This document shows, in pieces, positions 24,491 to 37,559 of a DNA stretch of 64,000 nt. The stretch's first letter is position 1. Every line of letters begins with the position of its first letter. The notes under the pieces are model-generated. The model saw nothing but the letters and a program-made list of their open reading frames with translations, was not told where the DNA came from and searched no databases. Origin of the DNA: Carcharhinus amblyrhynchos (Eukaryota); contig OZ336872.1 in NCBI GenBank assembly GCA_965287045.1, positions 15,066,001 through 15,130,000 of the forward strand, written 5' to 3'. Both the position numbers and the translations under genes were made by a program.

Positions 24491-24632
24491 CTGTAGAAGC
24501 AACGACACTGTCAGGTATGTCAGGAACATTGTTGCTGTCACTGCTTTGGTATAAGGGTGGTGTTTCTTGTTCTTTATCTGGTTCATGGGGAGTTTGTACC
24601 ATAGCTTCATCCATTGCCTGTTTTATCCACCG
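24491..24632 (-). CDS. SETD5: SETD5 coding exon, 142 nt (RWIKQAMDEAMVQTPHEPDKEQETPPLYQS...AST)
   Basis: ctcttcag acceptor, CAG|gtaggt donor; KK|RWIKQA junction; phase 0 to 1. Confidence 0.92.
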
Positions 24633-24916
24633 CTGAAGAGAATTAACAGATTAATTATTCAACATAGATTAACAACTATGTTCTATTAGATAGGTCTATG
24701 GCTTAGTAGGTATACAAGTGATCGGCGCAACTAGTGGGCCGAAGGGCCTGTTTGTGCTGTAGTGTTCTATGTTCTAACTCTGCACATTTCTATCACACTA
24801 CTTTCTGTGTGAACATGGCATTATTAAGATACATGCACCACACAGAAATATAAATAAAATTGAAAGCACATCACGGTGGTCCAAAGGACCTCTCTCCATG
24901 CTGTAAAACTCTATAG

Positions 24917-25440
24917 GGCGATCATACTGGCTCGTCACGCCAGTTGATTGGCTTTGTGAGCTAGTAAGTCTCGCAATGACACCGGCACTGAATCGCCATC
25001 GTAATCAGCATTATGTAATTTATGTATTTATAAGGTTATATGAACACTATTAGTGAGCCTGGGATGCAATCGTTTGGGCTCACATGCCTTAACAGCGTCA
25101 CTGGAGGAGGTCCTCACTAATGAGAATCAAGTGTGGTCCCCCACCAATGGGGATGTGATGTGATGGACTCGCTGGTGCAACCACAGGCCATTGAGAGTCT
25201 GGAGGCAGGGGCGGCCAGTGCCCACCGGTCAGGGCCTAAGGGGATGGGTTGGGACCTGAAGAGGGTGGGGTCTGTAGGGAGGCAGTGCATAGGGAGCTGC
25301 ACAATTCACAATCAGGGATCGCAGCGATCATCCTGGGGTTGAATGGAGTGGGGAGAGAACAGAAGCATGTGCAATGGCAGTCAGCAGCTAGCTTCTCGGC
25401 TGAACAGACTCCATCCACTCCCCCTACTGGTGAGAATCAA
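24917..25440. mobile_element. GC-rich non-autonomous DNA element (MITE-like)
   Basis: Abrupt GC/CpG-rich block starting gggcgatc, in the style of shark MITEs; TIRs not resolved. Confidence 0.45.
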
Positions 25441-26742
25441 ACTTTGCCTCATTTTCTTTCAAAGTGTCATAAGATTTACAAAATGGGTCTGGAGCTCTCC
25501 CACTTTCATGCTCATTTGGCACTTAAAATCTTTTTGGTAAGATTGTCCTCTTACGGCTCTATACCAGTCATTGATAATCATACAAAACAAAAATTGCAGG
25601 GGTGAGATTCCATCACACAAGCTGGCAAACAAATTCATTTGTTAACATATTTCTTCAGAACCTGACAATGCCAAGCCTTTTCAAAGGGCCTGATGAGTAG
25701 TATGATGAACCAGTATTGGATTTATGATGATGTCAAACACTCTGTTAGCGACGAAGAAAGGCAACATGATATCCACGTTTATTTCACAGGTCTCTAATTT
25801 TACACTGCAATCTTCAAAAGTTAATACCATTTCTTAGGGAGCTCCCCATCCTGTTGTGGCAATCTTGACCTCTAACTCACAAGCAAAGAAATTTAAAGAT
25901 GGGTCACTGTAAATCCAACCAGATCTTAATTTAAAAATGTTGAACCAAATGAGAACTCCTCTTTTAAAATGAAACATTTTGCATCATGTGAATGACTGTA
26001 TTTAGTTCTAGTTAATTTTCTATTGATAGATTTGCAATAGCCCAGCAGAAAATTACAAACTGAGTGAAGTCTCTCCCAACCCTTTAACCATTGATATTTA
26101 ATGAACATGTGGAAAATGTTGACTAACTTGCGCGATCTTCATCAATAGGACAGCTAGTGTCCTGTGGTGCCCACTCGCCATTAAAGGCCTTGAGTGAATA
26201 TGGTGGACACCACATGCTCATCCAAACCCCTACAAGGCTTCAGACATTCGAACGAATTCCCCCATTTGTGATCCTACATCTCCCGGATCTGTGGATGATA
26301 AGTTCCACCAGAAAGTATTACGACCTGCTTACTCAATTTGGGCACTGGGAGAAGAAGCGAAAATTGCAACGAAAAGTTGGATGGCAACTCTGGAATTCTA
26401 TAAAAGAAGAGAAAACTGACCCATCCTGGCACGTTACCAGGACAAGTGAAGGCCAAGATAATTGGTTCAAATACCCAGTGATGCCACGAAGGATCCCGGA
26501 ATACAATGTTTTTCCACTGGCCTGCAGTTTATGAGTAACTAATCTTCAAAGATTTATAATCTAACATCTAGTATGTTAACTTCATATCAAACATTTATAA
26601 AGCTCCCTGATAATACACTTCATGTGGCACAACAGGTCCCATGTTAAGTTTCCAGTGTGCTCACAAGTGAGCAAATAACCTTCTTCCCGAACATTCTATG
26701 TTTGTAAGTTGTGTAAGATGCAAAGATGGCGTACATGCTTAC

Positions 26743-26985
26743 CTTTTTGCAAGATCCATAGTTGCCGTCGCACACAACTCTCTGTCTCCGCCTTTCAGGG
26801 GTGAAGGGAGAACCAAAGCGGATGTAGTGTTTAGGGGTTGTGCAAATGTGGGGGCTGTGGCTCAGGCCTGGCAGCATGTTCAGTGTTGTTGCCAACACAG
26901 TCGGATCTGTTGTGATGCGTAATGGTCGGTCATATGGGCAGTCCGATCGTTCAATCTTGTCATTTAACCACTCTGTAACCAAATA
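26743..26985 (-). CDS. SETD5: SETD5 coding exon, 243 nt ([10 protein letters not shown]...[21 protein letters not shown]...[10 protein letters not shown]...SCKK)
   Basis: ggttcag acceptor, AAG|gtaagc donor; highly conserved block. Confidence 0.96.
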
Positions 26986-27445
26986 CTGAACCAAAAGATG
27001 GGAAAAAGTTAGCAAGTCACAGCAATTCCATGCAAATGTTTAAGTTCCTGGCTTGCCCAGATTGTGCCATAAATCCTGTCACCATTATATTTAAACTGAC
27101 AGGCACTGAATTATGAAATTAAATCTAATTAAGTATCTAAAAAGCATCTGATTCCAGTTAAATATAAGGAAGTTTTGTTAGCCTTAAGATCATCAACTTT
27201 CTTAACTTTTTGTAGTAACCTATAAGAAAGGATTATAAGATTTCACTCGATAGAGATTTACATGGCGATGGATTCTGCATCTTGCTGTTTCCAGTGAGAT
27301 AGATTTATCCAGCCTACTTCCTTCCCACCAATCCCTTACCTATTCCCCACGTGGAGGGAAGCAGTGACCCCCTAGGCTGCCAGCCCTTTGGCCTATTGAG
27401 GCCTTAACTAGCCAATTAATTGGCAATTAAGGGCCTCAATCGACT

Positions 27446-27723
27446 GCACGGTGGCACAGTGGTTAGCACTGCTGTCTCACAGCAGGAGGGACCTGGGTGA
27501 CCATCTGTGTGGAGTCTGCACGTTCTCCCTATGTCTGCGTGGGTTTTCTCCCACACTCCAATGATGTGTGGGTTAGGCTGATTGGCCATGCTATATTGCC
27601 CCTCAGTGTCAGAGGGATTAGCAGGGTGAAAATGTGGGGTTATGGGGTTAAAGCATGGGTGGGATTGCTGTTGGTGCAGACTTGATGAGCCAAGTGGCCT
27701 CCTTCTGCACTGTATGGATTCTA
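27446..27723 (+). mobile_element. HE1-type V-SINE with a deletion near the B-box
   Basis: Head, V-domain and tail all present. Confidence 0.85.
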
Positions 27724-27783
27724 CAAACACCTCCACTGCCATAAAATGCTGGCCAATGTGTGAAGGCCATTTTTGAATGGGGT

Positions 27784-28119
27784 TAGAACCAGACAGTGCA
27801 GAAAGAGGCCTTCGGCCCATCAAGTCTGCACCGAACACAATCCCACCCAGGCCCTTCCCCATATCCCTACATACTACACCCACTAATCCCTCTCACCTAC
27901 GCATCCCTAGACACTAAGGGGCAATTTCTTAGGATGGCCAATTAACCTAACCCGCACATCTTTGGACTGAGGGAGGAAACTGGAGCACCTGGAGGAAACC
28001 CACACAGACACGAGGAGAATGTGCAAACTCCACACAGACAGTGACCTGAGCTGGGAACCGAACCCAGGACCCTGGAGCTGTGAAGCAGCAGTGCTAACCA
28101 CTGTGCTACCGTGCCACCC
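27784..28119 (-). mobile_element. HE1-type V-SINE
   Basis: Full reverse copy. Confidence 0.87.
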
Positions 28120-29074
28120 TGATTCTTGAAAAGGGTCTTAAAAAGCAAGTGGAGCGGAGGACATTGAGTGAGAACATCTATCAGGGGTAAGCTATCTGCA
28201 TTGGAACCACCCTACTCTGTCTGTCCTCCATAACCCTGTCCACTGAGAGGTGGAAGTCCAATCCTCAGCCTATTTAGCCAGCCCACTGGGTGCTATTGCT
28301 AAGGGGAAAACTTTTTAAAACTCCAATAACTAACATGAAGGAATTCTTCAGTAACAGCTAGGATTAAAGAAATGCTGCAAGTTTAAGTGAATTTAAAACA
28401 GAAAGAACCTGTGGCACCAATGTTTCTTAAGGGTGAGAAAAAGTAACACATCTTCCATCATAACAATACAGAGGCCACATTGTTTAATGTAGGCCTCACC
28501 ACCAGGAAATGTCAGGAAAGTTGGAAACTTACACCCAAGACTGGGATTCCACTAGTTACTATAGTCTCCACCAAGGATCCAGGGTCATAGTAAAATACAA
28601 GAAAGTTGAAGGAGAATTTACAACAATAACCCCTTCAGAACCCTTAAAAACTCCATCCAACACAAAGACAATTGTCTGCACTCATAGTAAAACACTATGA
28701 CAGAGCTTAGGTATTAATGCTTATCAGATGATTAAATAAATACCATTCAGATAAGTCCCATATAATTGCTACAAATCAATTTGGTAATCAAATTTCTTCA
28801 ATGCCAGGCTCACTGGGCTCACAATGAAGAGTTCTTGGACCAAATAATAGATATTTGCTGTTGTAACACAATAGGTTTTGGGGGTGGTGGCAGTGCTTTG
28901 TGATTCATTTAAACGCGTGTAACTGTCAGAAACGAGGGAATGTAGTTTTCTCTATATCTGGAAACCATGAATCTCTGTGGTCTCTCACATCATGATCAAG
29001 CAGTCCAGTTTAGATTTCTTGTATCAGTGATAGTAAAGGAAGATCAGCCAGGTCACATTTACGCGCACACTTAC

Positions 29075-29383
29075 CCTTTTAGTTTTAGGATATTTGAGGT
29101 TGGTTCGATTTGGTTGGGAGGCAATTATAGATCCTGATGTAATCTCAACTCCTGGGGTTCCTACACTTGCCACGCCTTCCGTAGATGTGGAGTCTGTCAC
29201 AACAGCCCCTGTTGCTCCCTCCTCGACTGCTACAACTGGTGCTGGTTCTGACTGGCTGCTTGCTTGCCGCTGTCGACGTAGTCGCTGTGCTGAACTGGAG
29301 CGATAGCGTGAGAACCGATTTTTGGGTCTGGGCTTTGTTGGTTTTGATGCAGGAGGTTTAGCAGGCTTCTCTGGGACTTGCTC
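29075..29383 (-). CDS. SETD5: SETD5 coding exon, 309 nt (EQVPEKPAKPPASKPTKPRPKNRFSRYRSSSAQRLRRQRQ...LKYPKTKR)
   Basis: aacatag acceptor, AGG|gtaagt donor; open frame; SRYR.SSAQRL and KYPKTK motifs; not in the ORF track. Confidence 0.93.
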
Positions 29384-29529
29384 CTATGTTAAAGACGTGA
29401 GATCATTAAACAAAGATTCTTCAAGTAAACTGTGTACATTCTATAATCCAAAAATTAACCTCTAATCAATCTCATTTAAAAAACTGAAATTGTTGAATCT
29501 AGATACTGTACCAATTACTGCCAAGCATG

Positions 29530-29615
29530 GAATCCCTACAATGCAGAAAGAGGCCATTCAACCCATCGAGTCTACACTGTCTCTCTGAAACAGCACCTTA
29601 TCCAGGCCCACACCA
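29530..29615 (-). mobile_element. SINE/CR1 tail fragment
   Basis: aatccctacaatgcagaaagaggccattcaacccatcgagtctaca. Confidence 0.6.
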
Positions 29616-30007
29616 CCAATCGAAGAACAGTCCGGTTAAGTCACATCATCTCATTTATTTCTTCCCTATTGCACTGCAGTAAATTAGGAACACAGACTCA
29701 ATGTTCCCTAAACTGCTTTTGTCCGAACCAGTTCAATTTATTGTGTTATGTGGCCAAAGTTCAAATGCTAATTTAGTGTAAGCTAACCAAGAAATAATAA
29801 CCTCATTTCTGAGATTTGGATTTGAAGCCAACACAGATAAATGGGATTCAGGGAAGAAAACAATCAACATAAATTGAAATCCCATTATTTTTTCGCAGTT
29901 TACAATTGTATTCAAAAGGGTCTAAGATGGATGATACAGGGAATAGAAGTACAGCTGACCAGGAACCTGTCTGTTGGACACATCAACTAGTTCTTTTGCA
30001 CAAATGA

Positions 30008-30280
30008 GCACACAGTGGTTAACACCACTGCCTCACAGCGCCAGGGATCCAGGTTCCATTCCCGGCTTGGGTTACTGTCGATATGGAGTTTGCAAGTTTT
30101 CCACGTGACTGCATGGGTTTCCTCCAGGTGCTCCAGTTTTCTCCCACAGCCTGAAAGACATGCTGGTTAGGTGCACTGACCTGAACCGGCGGTGGAATAT
30201 GGCGACTAGGGGAATTTCACAGTAACTTCATTGCAATGTTAATGTAAACCTTACTTTGACTAATGAATAAACTTTAAAAC
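30008..30280 (+). mobile_element. V-SINE, second subfamily (alternative 3' tail)
   Basis: HE1-like head and V-domain followed by ggcgactaggggaatttcacagtaacttcattgcaatgttaatgtaaa. Confidence 0.82.
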
Positions 30281-30339
30281 TCTACTCCAAATATCCCTCA
30301 TCTGGGAGAACATGAAGACGAAGGAAAGTTTCTTTAAAG

Positions 30340-30875
30340 CTGGCAAAATGTCAGGTTCTGACTGAAAACTGGCATGTTTCTCCCCAGAAACAGACAAGAT
30401 TTTCACTCAGGTTTTCAGACATTTTGTCAAAAAGAAGCGGGGGGGTTGTGTTTTGCACCAGCATTCTTGCAGCAAGGCAAAGTAAAGGACACTCACCCCC
30501 ACACAAATATCGGGACCCTGGGAGACAAGAGGAACCCTCCCCCCATCAATATTTGGATCAGCCCAATGGGGTTCTCTGGTGGCCTCGCTCCTGGCACTGC
30601 TAACCTGGCTGAACCAGGGCACTGCTCAGCCATGAACTTTACTACCCAGGGAACCATACTCACTTCCGAGCCCCCGGAGAGATCATCAAGACTGGTTTCC
30701 ATTTTTGGGAAGCAATAGTGATTCCTGCCAGCAGGGCAGAAAATGCTGACAACCTGGAAGCAATGGCACCATGTATGCCAGTAAAGAACATTTAAATGTA
30801 TTCAAATTGATGGTGATTCATCAGTTACGTCACCAGCAGGGTGAGATCTTGCCACCACAAATCCCATTCTGGCCC
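30340..30875. mobile_element. GC-rich MITE-like element
   Basis: GC-rich non-coding block with terminal inverted similarity (tggcaaaat...atcttgcca). Confidence 0.4.
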
Positions 30876-30904
30876 TCAGTGATAAACAGTGAATGTTTTG
30901 AGTC

Positions 30905-31040
30905 CACAGTGTAGAAGGGTCAAATGGACTCAAAACATTATCTGTGTTTCTCTCTCCACAGATGTGCCAGATCTGCTGAGTTTATCCATCATTTTGTTCT
31001 TATTTCAGGTTTCCACCATCTGCAGTATTTTGCTTTTATT
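30905..31040 (+). mobile_element. Penelope-type terminal fragment
   Basis: tctctccacagatgtgccagatctgctgag...catctgcagtattttgctttt, same family as 3826 and 43250. Confidence 0.65.
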
Positions 31041-32090
31041 ACAAGTTTTACAGTTCAGGACAGGCTGGGGGGAGGGAGTTGTGGGGTGGATTCCTAGCTG
31101 GTGTTTTTTGTTGTGTAATCTCACAAGTTGTTTGCCCAGATGTAGATCACTCTCAACAGATGTTATAAAACCTTTTCATTTTATCCAGTTTCTTTAGTAG
31201 GTGCAAGTAAACTTAGATCCCCCCCCCCCCACTATGAGTGTATGTTAATGCAGGAGTACTGGTGTTGTTAATGCAAAAGATCAAACACATCATCTTCACA
31301 GATGCTGAGACTTAAAATCAATCCTAAAACAGAGGTTATAAGCTGCTGTCAACCAGCATTATGCAGTATATCCTTTAGAAACATGCAACAGCTACCTCCA
31401 GTGGCAGTTAATGGATACTGCACAAACCAAATGCTACTTTAAACTTTTTCTTTTTGAAGTCCTGTATGCAAATAGCAAAAGTTAAATTCTGAAAAATAAT
31501 TTGTCTGCATTACTAGTGACAAATATGCAATCAAATTTTCAACTGTAAGCTGTCAAAGTCAAAAATCAAATTTGCTTTTGAACTGCCTTTCAAGATGAAC
31601 AGCTACAGCACAAAGACTCTCAATGATTACTTCATTCATAATAAACTTCCACTTTTACATCCTTCAAGGAGGGTGGGTGGAGGTAATGGTTTTGTCCATT
31701 AGTCAGTTTGCCTGTAAACTGCATCTCATAACTAACAGGTGGATTTCAAGAAAACCTGGTACACAGTTGAACTGTTGTGCACTGTCCGAGCTGTTGAGGT
31801 GTGCCTTGCCACAGCTGTCGCAATGTGAGCAGAGTTTTCAAAGCAGGATGCTGGATGCAAATTGCTTTGGAGCCTCCTCAGTGAGAGGGAAGCTCTGAAT
31901 AAAAAGTTATTCTTTTTCAGCTTTGTAGTTATACAGCATCAAACAGGCGGGAAAAAACTCTCAAGTGTACCATTGTGGAATTATATGTATACTTGCTTTT
32001 GAGGGACTGCCCTAGTGTGATTTCTGAGATAGTGGTATTGCCACGTTAGAAAAGATGTAGTGGATTTGAACTGTATTCCCTCGATTTATG

Positions 32091-32370
32091 AGCATATGAA
32101 ATAGGAGCAGAAAGTAGGCTATTCAGCCTCTAGAGCCTGCACCACCATTCAATAAGCTCATAGCTGATTTTGTTCTGTTTCAAATTCCACATTCCCATCA
32201 GCCCCCTAAAATGTTTGATTCCCTTACCTAGCAAGAATCAATCTACTCTGTCTTAAAAATATTTACTGCCTCTGCCAGCTTCTGAGGGAGAGTTCCAAAA
32301 TCACACAACCCTCAGAGAAAAAAAACTCATTTGTCCTGAAAGGACAACCCCTAATTTCTAAATAGTGCTG
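32091..32370 (-). mobile_element. CR1-type LINE 3' end
   Basis: catatgaaataggagcagaaagtaggctattcagcc...gagagttccaaa...acaaccctcagagaaaa. Confidence 0.75.
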
Positions 32371-32423
32371 AATATCACCAGCTACAAACATAACTCAAGT
32401 AGATCTCTGCTTGACCCTTTTGA

Positions 32424-32789
32424 TTTTTTTTTAAATTAATTTGTGGGATATGGGCATTGTTGGCTGGCCAGCATTTGTTGCCCATCCCTAGTTGCCCTTG
32501 GAGGGCAGTTCAGAGTAACCATTTTGCTGTGGCTCTGGAATCATGTGTAGGTCAAACAGGGAAAGGATGGCAGATTTCCTTCCCTAAAGGACATTAGTGA
32601 ACCAGATAGGTTTTTCCAACAATCGACAATGGTTTCAGGTCATCAGTAGATTCTTAATTCCAGATATATTTTTTAATTGAATTCAAATTTCACCATCTGA
32701 CGTGGAGGGATTTGAACTCGGTTCCCCAGAACGTTAGCTGAGTTGCTGGATTAATAGTCTAGCAATAATACCAGTAGGCCATCGTATCC
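32424..32789 (-). mobile_element. tRNA-derived SINE (third family)
   Basis: Reverse copy of the 21771-22158 family (cagatttccttccctaaaggacattagtgaaccaga). Confidence 0.82.
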
Positions 32790-33478
32790 ACTACATGGTA
32801 TTGAAAGGTTTGGAATTGCACTTTAAACATTAATCAGAAAGTTTCCCTGAATGTGAAGCAGGTAGCAAATTTCTCCAAGTTATTTTATTTTGGATGTTTG
32901 TTTTAATTAAACAGATACTCTCGTTTTGTTGGCCATTTTTCAAACAATTATCCTTACACCGTGAAGTGAGCATACATTGGGCCATTTTCCACCAGGTGCC
33001 AGCTCAAATCTAGCAGAGGGTGCAAGATGTGAGATGAAGAAATATATTTTTCCACAGGGAAGTGGCATGTTTCCTCAGCCATTTCCTTTTCCCTCAAGAA
33101 TTTGTTGCAAGAAACATGTCACATCATGATAGCTTGACAAAAGGTTTCACTCCCTTTCAGTATGGATTAGACTGATGATGAAATTACTGCCTTACCTCTG
33201 GTGAAAAGATGAGAAGCAAGGCCCACTGATCATCTTACCAAGCATCTTCAATTTCAATAGGCTAAACTCCAAACCACAGATCATGGAGCAAAGTTACCTT
33301 GTCCACTCCCAAACTGCAGGTATCTGAGCAAAACCCATACTCACGGAAGCACAGAACTTCACGGCTAGACAATTAGCACCAAGAAATTCCTAACCTTCTC
33401 TGCTCAATGTTGCAGCAGCAACACTAATAGGTTTTCTCATGCTTCTTTGCCCACTTGCCGTTTAAATTCTCTGCTTAC

Positions 33479-33724
33479 CCCTAGCTGTGAAGTTCGCCGT
33501 GTGTTTACCCCAGCAAGCTGTGGCGTTTTTGCCCCACTGGGCGGCGGTTCTTCTGCTGCAGGCTCCAGTTTCACCTCTTCCACATCTGTGGTTGGGGTCT
33601 CCGGGTTGACATCGACACCAGGCTGACTAGCACCACGCTCAACCACCTGTTCACGCCTTTTCTTTCTCTTCTCTAAGTTCTCAAATACCTGCATGATGGC
33701 TTCCATCTTCCGTTGCTCCCGCGA
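33479..33724 (-). CDS. SETD5: SETD5 coding exon, 246 nt (SREQRKMEAIMQVFENLEKRKKRR...GVNTRRTSQLG)
   Basis: ttcacag acceptor, GGG|gtaagc donor; conserved REXRKXEAIM..FENLEKRKKRR. Confidence 0.94.
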
Positions 33725-35507
33725 CTGTGAACAATGAGCGTCAAAGAAAACAAAAAAGCATAAACAAACCACTCTGAGGATCAAAATCTTACCCTCAACA
33801 ACTTATTTCTTCCCATACCTCTCCATGGACAAATATACTGTTCGGTTCCTACAGGTCAAACTGTTTATCTTGATAGAACCATCATGAGCACCCGAGATTA
33901 CTGCTACAATACTCTGCATCCTTTCTACTTCCCTTTTGTTATTACTTTCGATCACTATGCCACTACATTTGTCTAGATCAATACTAGTTACCGTGGCTGC
34001 AACAAAGACAAAGTACTCTCAAAGCAGGTAAAAATATTTCCTCCCCCTCCCAACCTGAAACAGCATGCACACCCACTGAACTGCTGGGTTTATTTTGTTT
34101 AGCTGGCCTAAAGGATGGTATATTTCAGACTTTAAACAGTAATACTGTGCTAATTCCAAACAACGACAAGCTTCTGAGGAGTAAAGCTCCCTCTTTTTTC
34201 CATGCAGGTTCTCAAGAGGTTAATGCGCCATATCCATCGACACCGGCACTCCCAAGTGGCAAGCGCATTGTGTTCCTTCCACACTGGCGCTTCCAGGTGG
34301 CAAGCACTCTGTGTTCTGTCCAACATGGTGCTCTCAGCTGGTAAATTCTCCATCCAGATCAAATTCTCAGTACTTCAAGATTTTAGGAGATACAAGATTG
34401 TACTGGAGATCGAATTCTGGGCTCTCTGTTGGATTTTGCAACCTAGATGAGCTCTTGTGATCTTGATGAGCTCTCTTGAAACTATCATGTTCAAATTCAT
34501 CAAAAATTAAACGTTTCTCACTTGACATGTACAGTAAAAGTTACAAGCACAAGGTTGTATGGTCAGAGCAGTTTTTATTAAGACGGATGGGAAAGGAAAT
34601 GGTGATAGGGTCAAATGTAGGAAGACCATGCAAAAAAGGAATGGTCATCAAACAGGCATTTCAAATCAGCCTGGTTAAAAACCCTAACCTAACATATGAG
34701 GAATACACTGGTTGTTGACAGTATCTTATAAAGCTGTACCATTCAAATAAACCATAAACTGGAATTAAAAACTACACTGGTTAGTTGCTCGATCCTTGTG
34801 CATTACATCCTTCAGTACACTTTCACTTATTGAATTAATACATGCAGATTGGATCTTGTGTTGGCACAACAATGTGCAACTTTACAGCACTGCTATATCA
34901 CCAAGAGGGATGTTTAAATCATGACACCGGTTCTGAATTTTCATGGTGTGAAATGACAGAAGAGTATTTTGACCAAGCAATAGCTATCAATCTTTTATAT
35001 ATTGTTTGTGTTACAGGATGCATCAGATCAGCATATATGGTAATCAGTTTTAAAGGTATATCACTCCAATTTTATTATATACTGATGTACCCTGTTGGAA
35101 TGTAACACATCTTCATATACACAATATTGAACAGATGCTGCTTGCCCCAAGCAAATCACTCCTGTACACAGGAGTTGAGATGTAATTGTTAATCTTCCTC
35201 GGGTTTAGATACAACACACAAGTTTACAAAGGAACTAATGATGCTTTAATGATCTGTACCTATCCTGCCTGATATTACTGAACCTAATTAATACCTTTGC
35301 CAGAATAGAGTTGAATAGACCTTGGAGGGCAATTCCCCATTTGGTGAGTTTCCAACTTTAGTCACACTATCAGTAGAAGATGCTTTCCCAAAGGATGGAA
35401 CGGAGAGGCAATCAGTTGAGATTTAACAATAGGTTAGCTACTCATAGGTTCACTGTAGGGAATAATGACTGTCACGAGGAAATCTATGAGAGGAATAGAA
35501 AATAAAT

Positions 35508-35805
35508 TCATAGAATCATACAGCACTGAAGGCAGCTGGTCAGGTTCATTGTGTCCTGCCAATTAATCAGCTTAACTTCCTTGTCCTTGCCCCATCATCC
35601 TACAAATTTCTCTTTAACAAGCAAAGATTCAATTTCCTTTTGAAAGTTACTATTGCACCCTTTCACGTGATGCATTCCAAATCATAACACGCTGCAAAAC
35701 AAAAGATCTACTCCTTGGATTTTTGCCAATTACCTTAAACCTATGTCCTTTGGTTACCAGCCCTCCTGTCTGTGGGAAAAGTTTCTATCTACGCTATCAA
35801 AACTC
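35508..35805 (-). mobile_element. CR1-type LINE 3' end
   Basis: tcatagaatcatacagcac tail; ttgccaattaccttaaa is shared with about 50570. Confidence 0.7.
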
Positions 35806-37463
35806 AACTTTTTTTTAAAATGTCCTTAACTGGGAAAGAGAGTTCTCTGGAAAGAAAATCAGCAACTAGACAGATCTATTTCAAAACCTACTTGTCTCCT
35901 GATCTGTTGAGTATTTCTGGATTTTCCATATCTGCATTATTTTGCCTCTGAACTAAGCAGATAAGTTCAGCTAGAAACTAGAATGAGATCCTGTGGGGAC
36001 AATTAATAATCACTTGGAAAAGTACAACATGATTGCAATGTAACAGTATAATAACAGAGTGGCAAGATGTATTTACTTCTCAAACAGACAATCATGTGTC
36101 ATCCATTCATGCAGCAGAAGGAAGTGTTATTCCATGCTAACAGCAGTTCAAGGTTCTATTGGCAAGAGCAGAATGGACTGAATTATTATGCAAGCCACAC
36201 ACAACATGAATAAAGAAGAGCTGGGCTGGATTATGTTAAATACAAGTGAGGGATTAAAAAGGGAGTAGGCAAGGAGAGATGACACTGCTTGCTGAATACA
36301 ACCATGGTATTGCAGCATGATGCTGTGGTTCTGGACTTGCACATCAATAGACTGCGAGTTCAAAGGTTCAGTAGCAGTGAAACCAAATTCAAAATATCTG
36401 GCTTTGTATGGTTTAAGATCAGGGGAAACAAATAACCATGAAAGCTTATGCATCATCACAATCACATCCTTTAGAGAAAAAGGGCACAACTCAAGTCTAA
36501 CAATACATGGCAGATTTTTAATGTCTCTGAAGTGACCACTTCCTCAAGACAACTAGGAATAAGTAATTAATATAGCCCCTGTGTGGCACATATGTTAAGA
36601 ACAAATAAAAAGAGAAATGGGTTCATCAGATCATCTTTACCCAAGCTGTAAGGTTCTGGGTTTTCCAATGAGTTGGAAAAATAAGCATCAGTTCTATTTG
36701 GTAGATTAGTGGCAATTTGGATGACAGCCCTGTTTTGCTTACTTAGCTGAGACCAATTCACTAACAACCAGTATTAAAATATATTTTGAAATTGACCCAC
36801 TGATAAAAATAACCATCTAACCAGCTTACTGCAGGAACATGCATATCCCATTGTCAGTGCCAACATGGATACATAATGTATATACATATAAAGAGGGTAA
36901 GATCCCTCATCTATTGGTACTTTGTGGTTCTCTCCCAAACAGCATTGCCTTTTGCAAGTGCTCTACTCCCTTCCCCCAGACATTGTTTCAGCTGAGTAAA
37001 GACATCCACTCATTAACCTGCTCTGCGAACCTGCTGAAGCTATTCAAAAGGACAGTCCTCACAGAAAACTTTTCCAGTAACGTTAGGGATCATCACCTTT
37101 GGTTTTCGCTGTTTTTCCTATTGATAAGTTGCTTCCCCATGCAAATACATCTATTTTCCTCTTCCTCCATTCAATGACTGTCTCCACTGTATACATCCAT
37201 TTTTCTCTCTCCCAAATGCATCTCTCTGTACAGGCACTCTGATCTTTCTTTCCCCACGGCTGTTGACTATCATATTTGGGAAAGCGTCATGACTTCCAAC
37301 ACTTTTCTCACACATGGCTTCACAACACAAGGGCACTATTTTCCTCCCCATGCCTGTTTTTCCTTGTTCTGCTGCATTGGACTGCTAAGTTTGTACTAAC
37401 AATGTACATGACATCTAGCAGCTAAGAAAATCTTCACCTCCACATTATGATTCTGTCCCTTAC

Positions 37464-37559
37464 CAGTTTACTTTGTGCTAATGCACGGAGCTGTTCATCC
37501 ATTTCCGACTCCTCGTTTTCTTCTTCTACTTTTATTCGCTCTCCTTCCCCGGGCCCTTC
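37464..37559 (-). CDS. SETD5: SETD5 coding exon, 96 nt (EGPGEGERIKVEEENEESEMDEQLRALAQSKL)
   Basis: tttaaacag acceptor, CTG|gtaagg donor; phase 0/0; acidic linker at the position of the human acidic exon ending ...LAHSRR. Confidence 0.85.

Larger units (their letters stand above)
27262..28265. mobile_element. MITE-like element with internal palindrome, interrupted by two SINEs
   Basis: Imperfect palindrome attgaggccttaa...gccaattaattggc...ttaagggcctcaat at 27396-27440; GC-rich sequence resumes between and after the SINEs. Confidence 0.45.

Noticed and set aside
25690-25745. Cluster of TGATGA (box C-like) motifs
   Set aside because: Antisense to the host gene, with no properly placed box D or terminal stem
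31620-31920. Non-repetitive exon-like stretch with a tttttattcag acceptor on the minus strand
   Set aside because: Early stop, no convincing donor, and flanking exons already join in frame; conservation cannot be assessed here
34147-34362. GC-rich block with overlapping ORFs and an HVGQN motif reminiscent of GIY-YIG nucleases
   Set aside because: Similarity too short to call; probably an old mobile-element fragment
36839-37400. Purine-rich, coding-looking sequence just downstream of the 96-nt exon
   Set aside because: No recognisable homology, no good splice sites, and stops interrupt the frames examined
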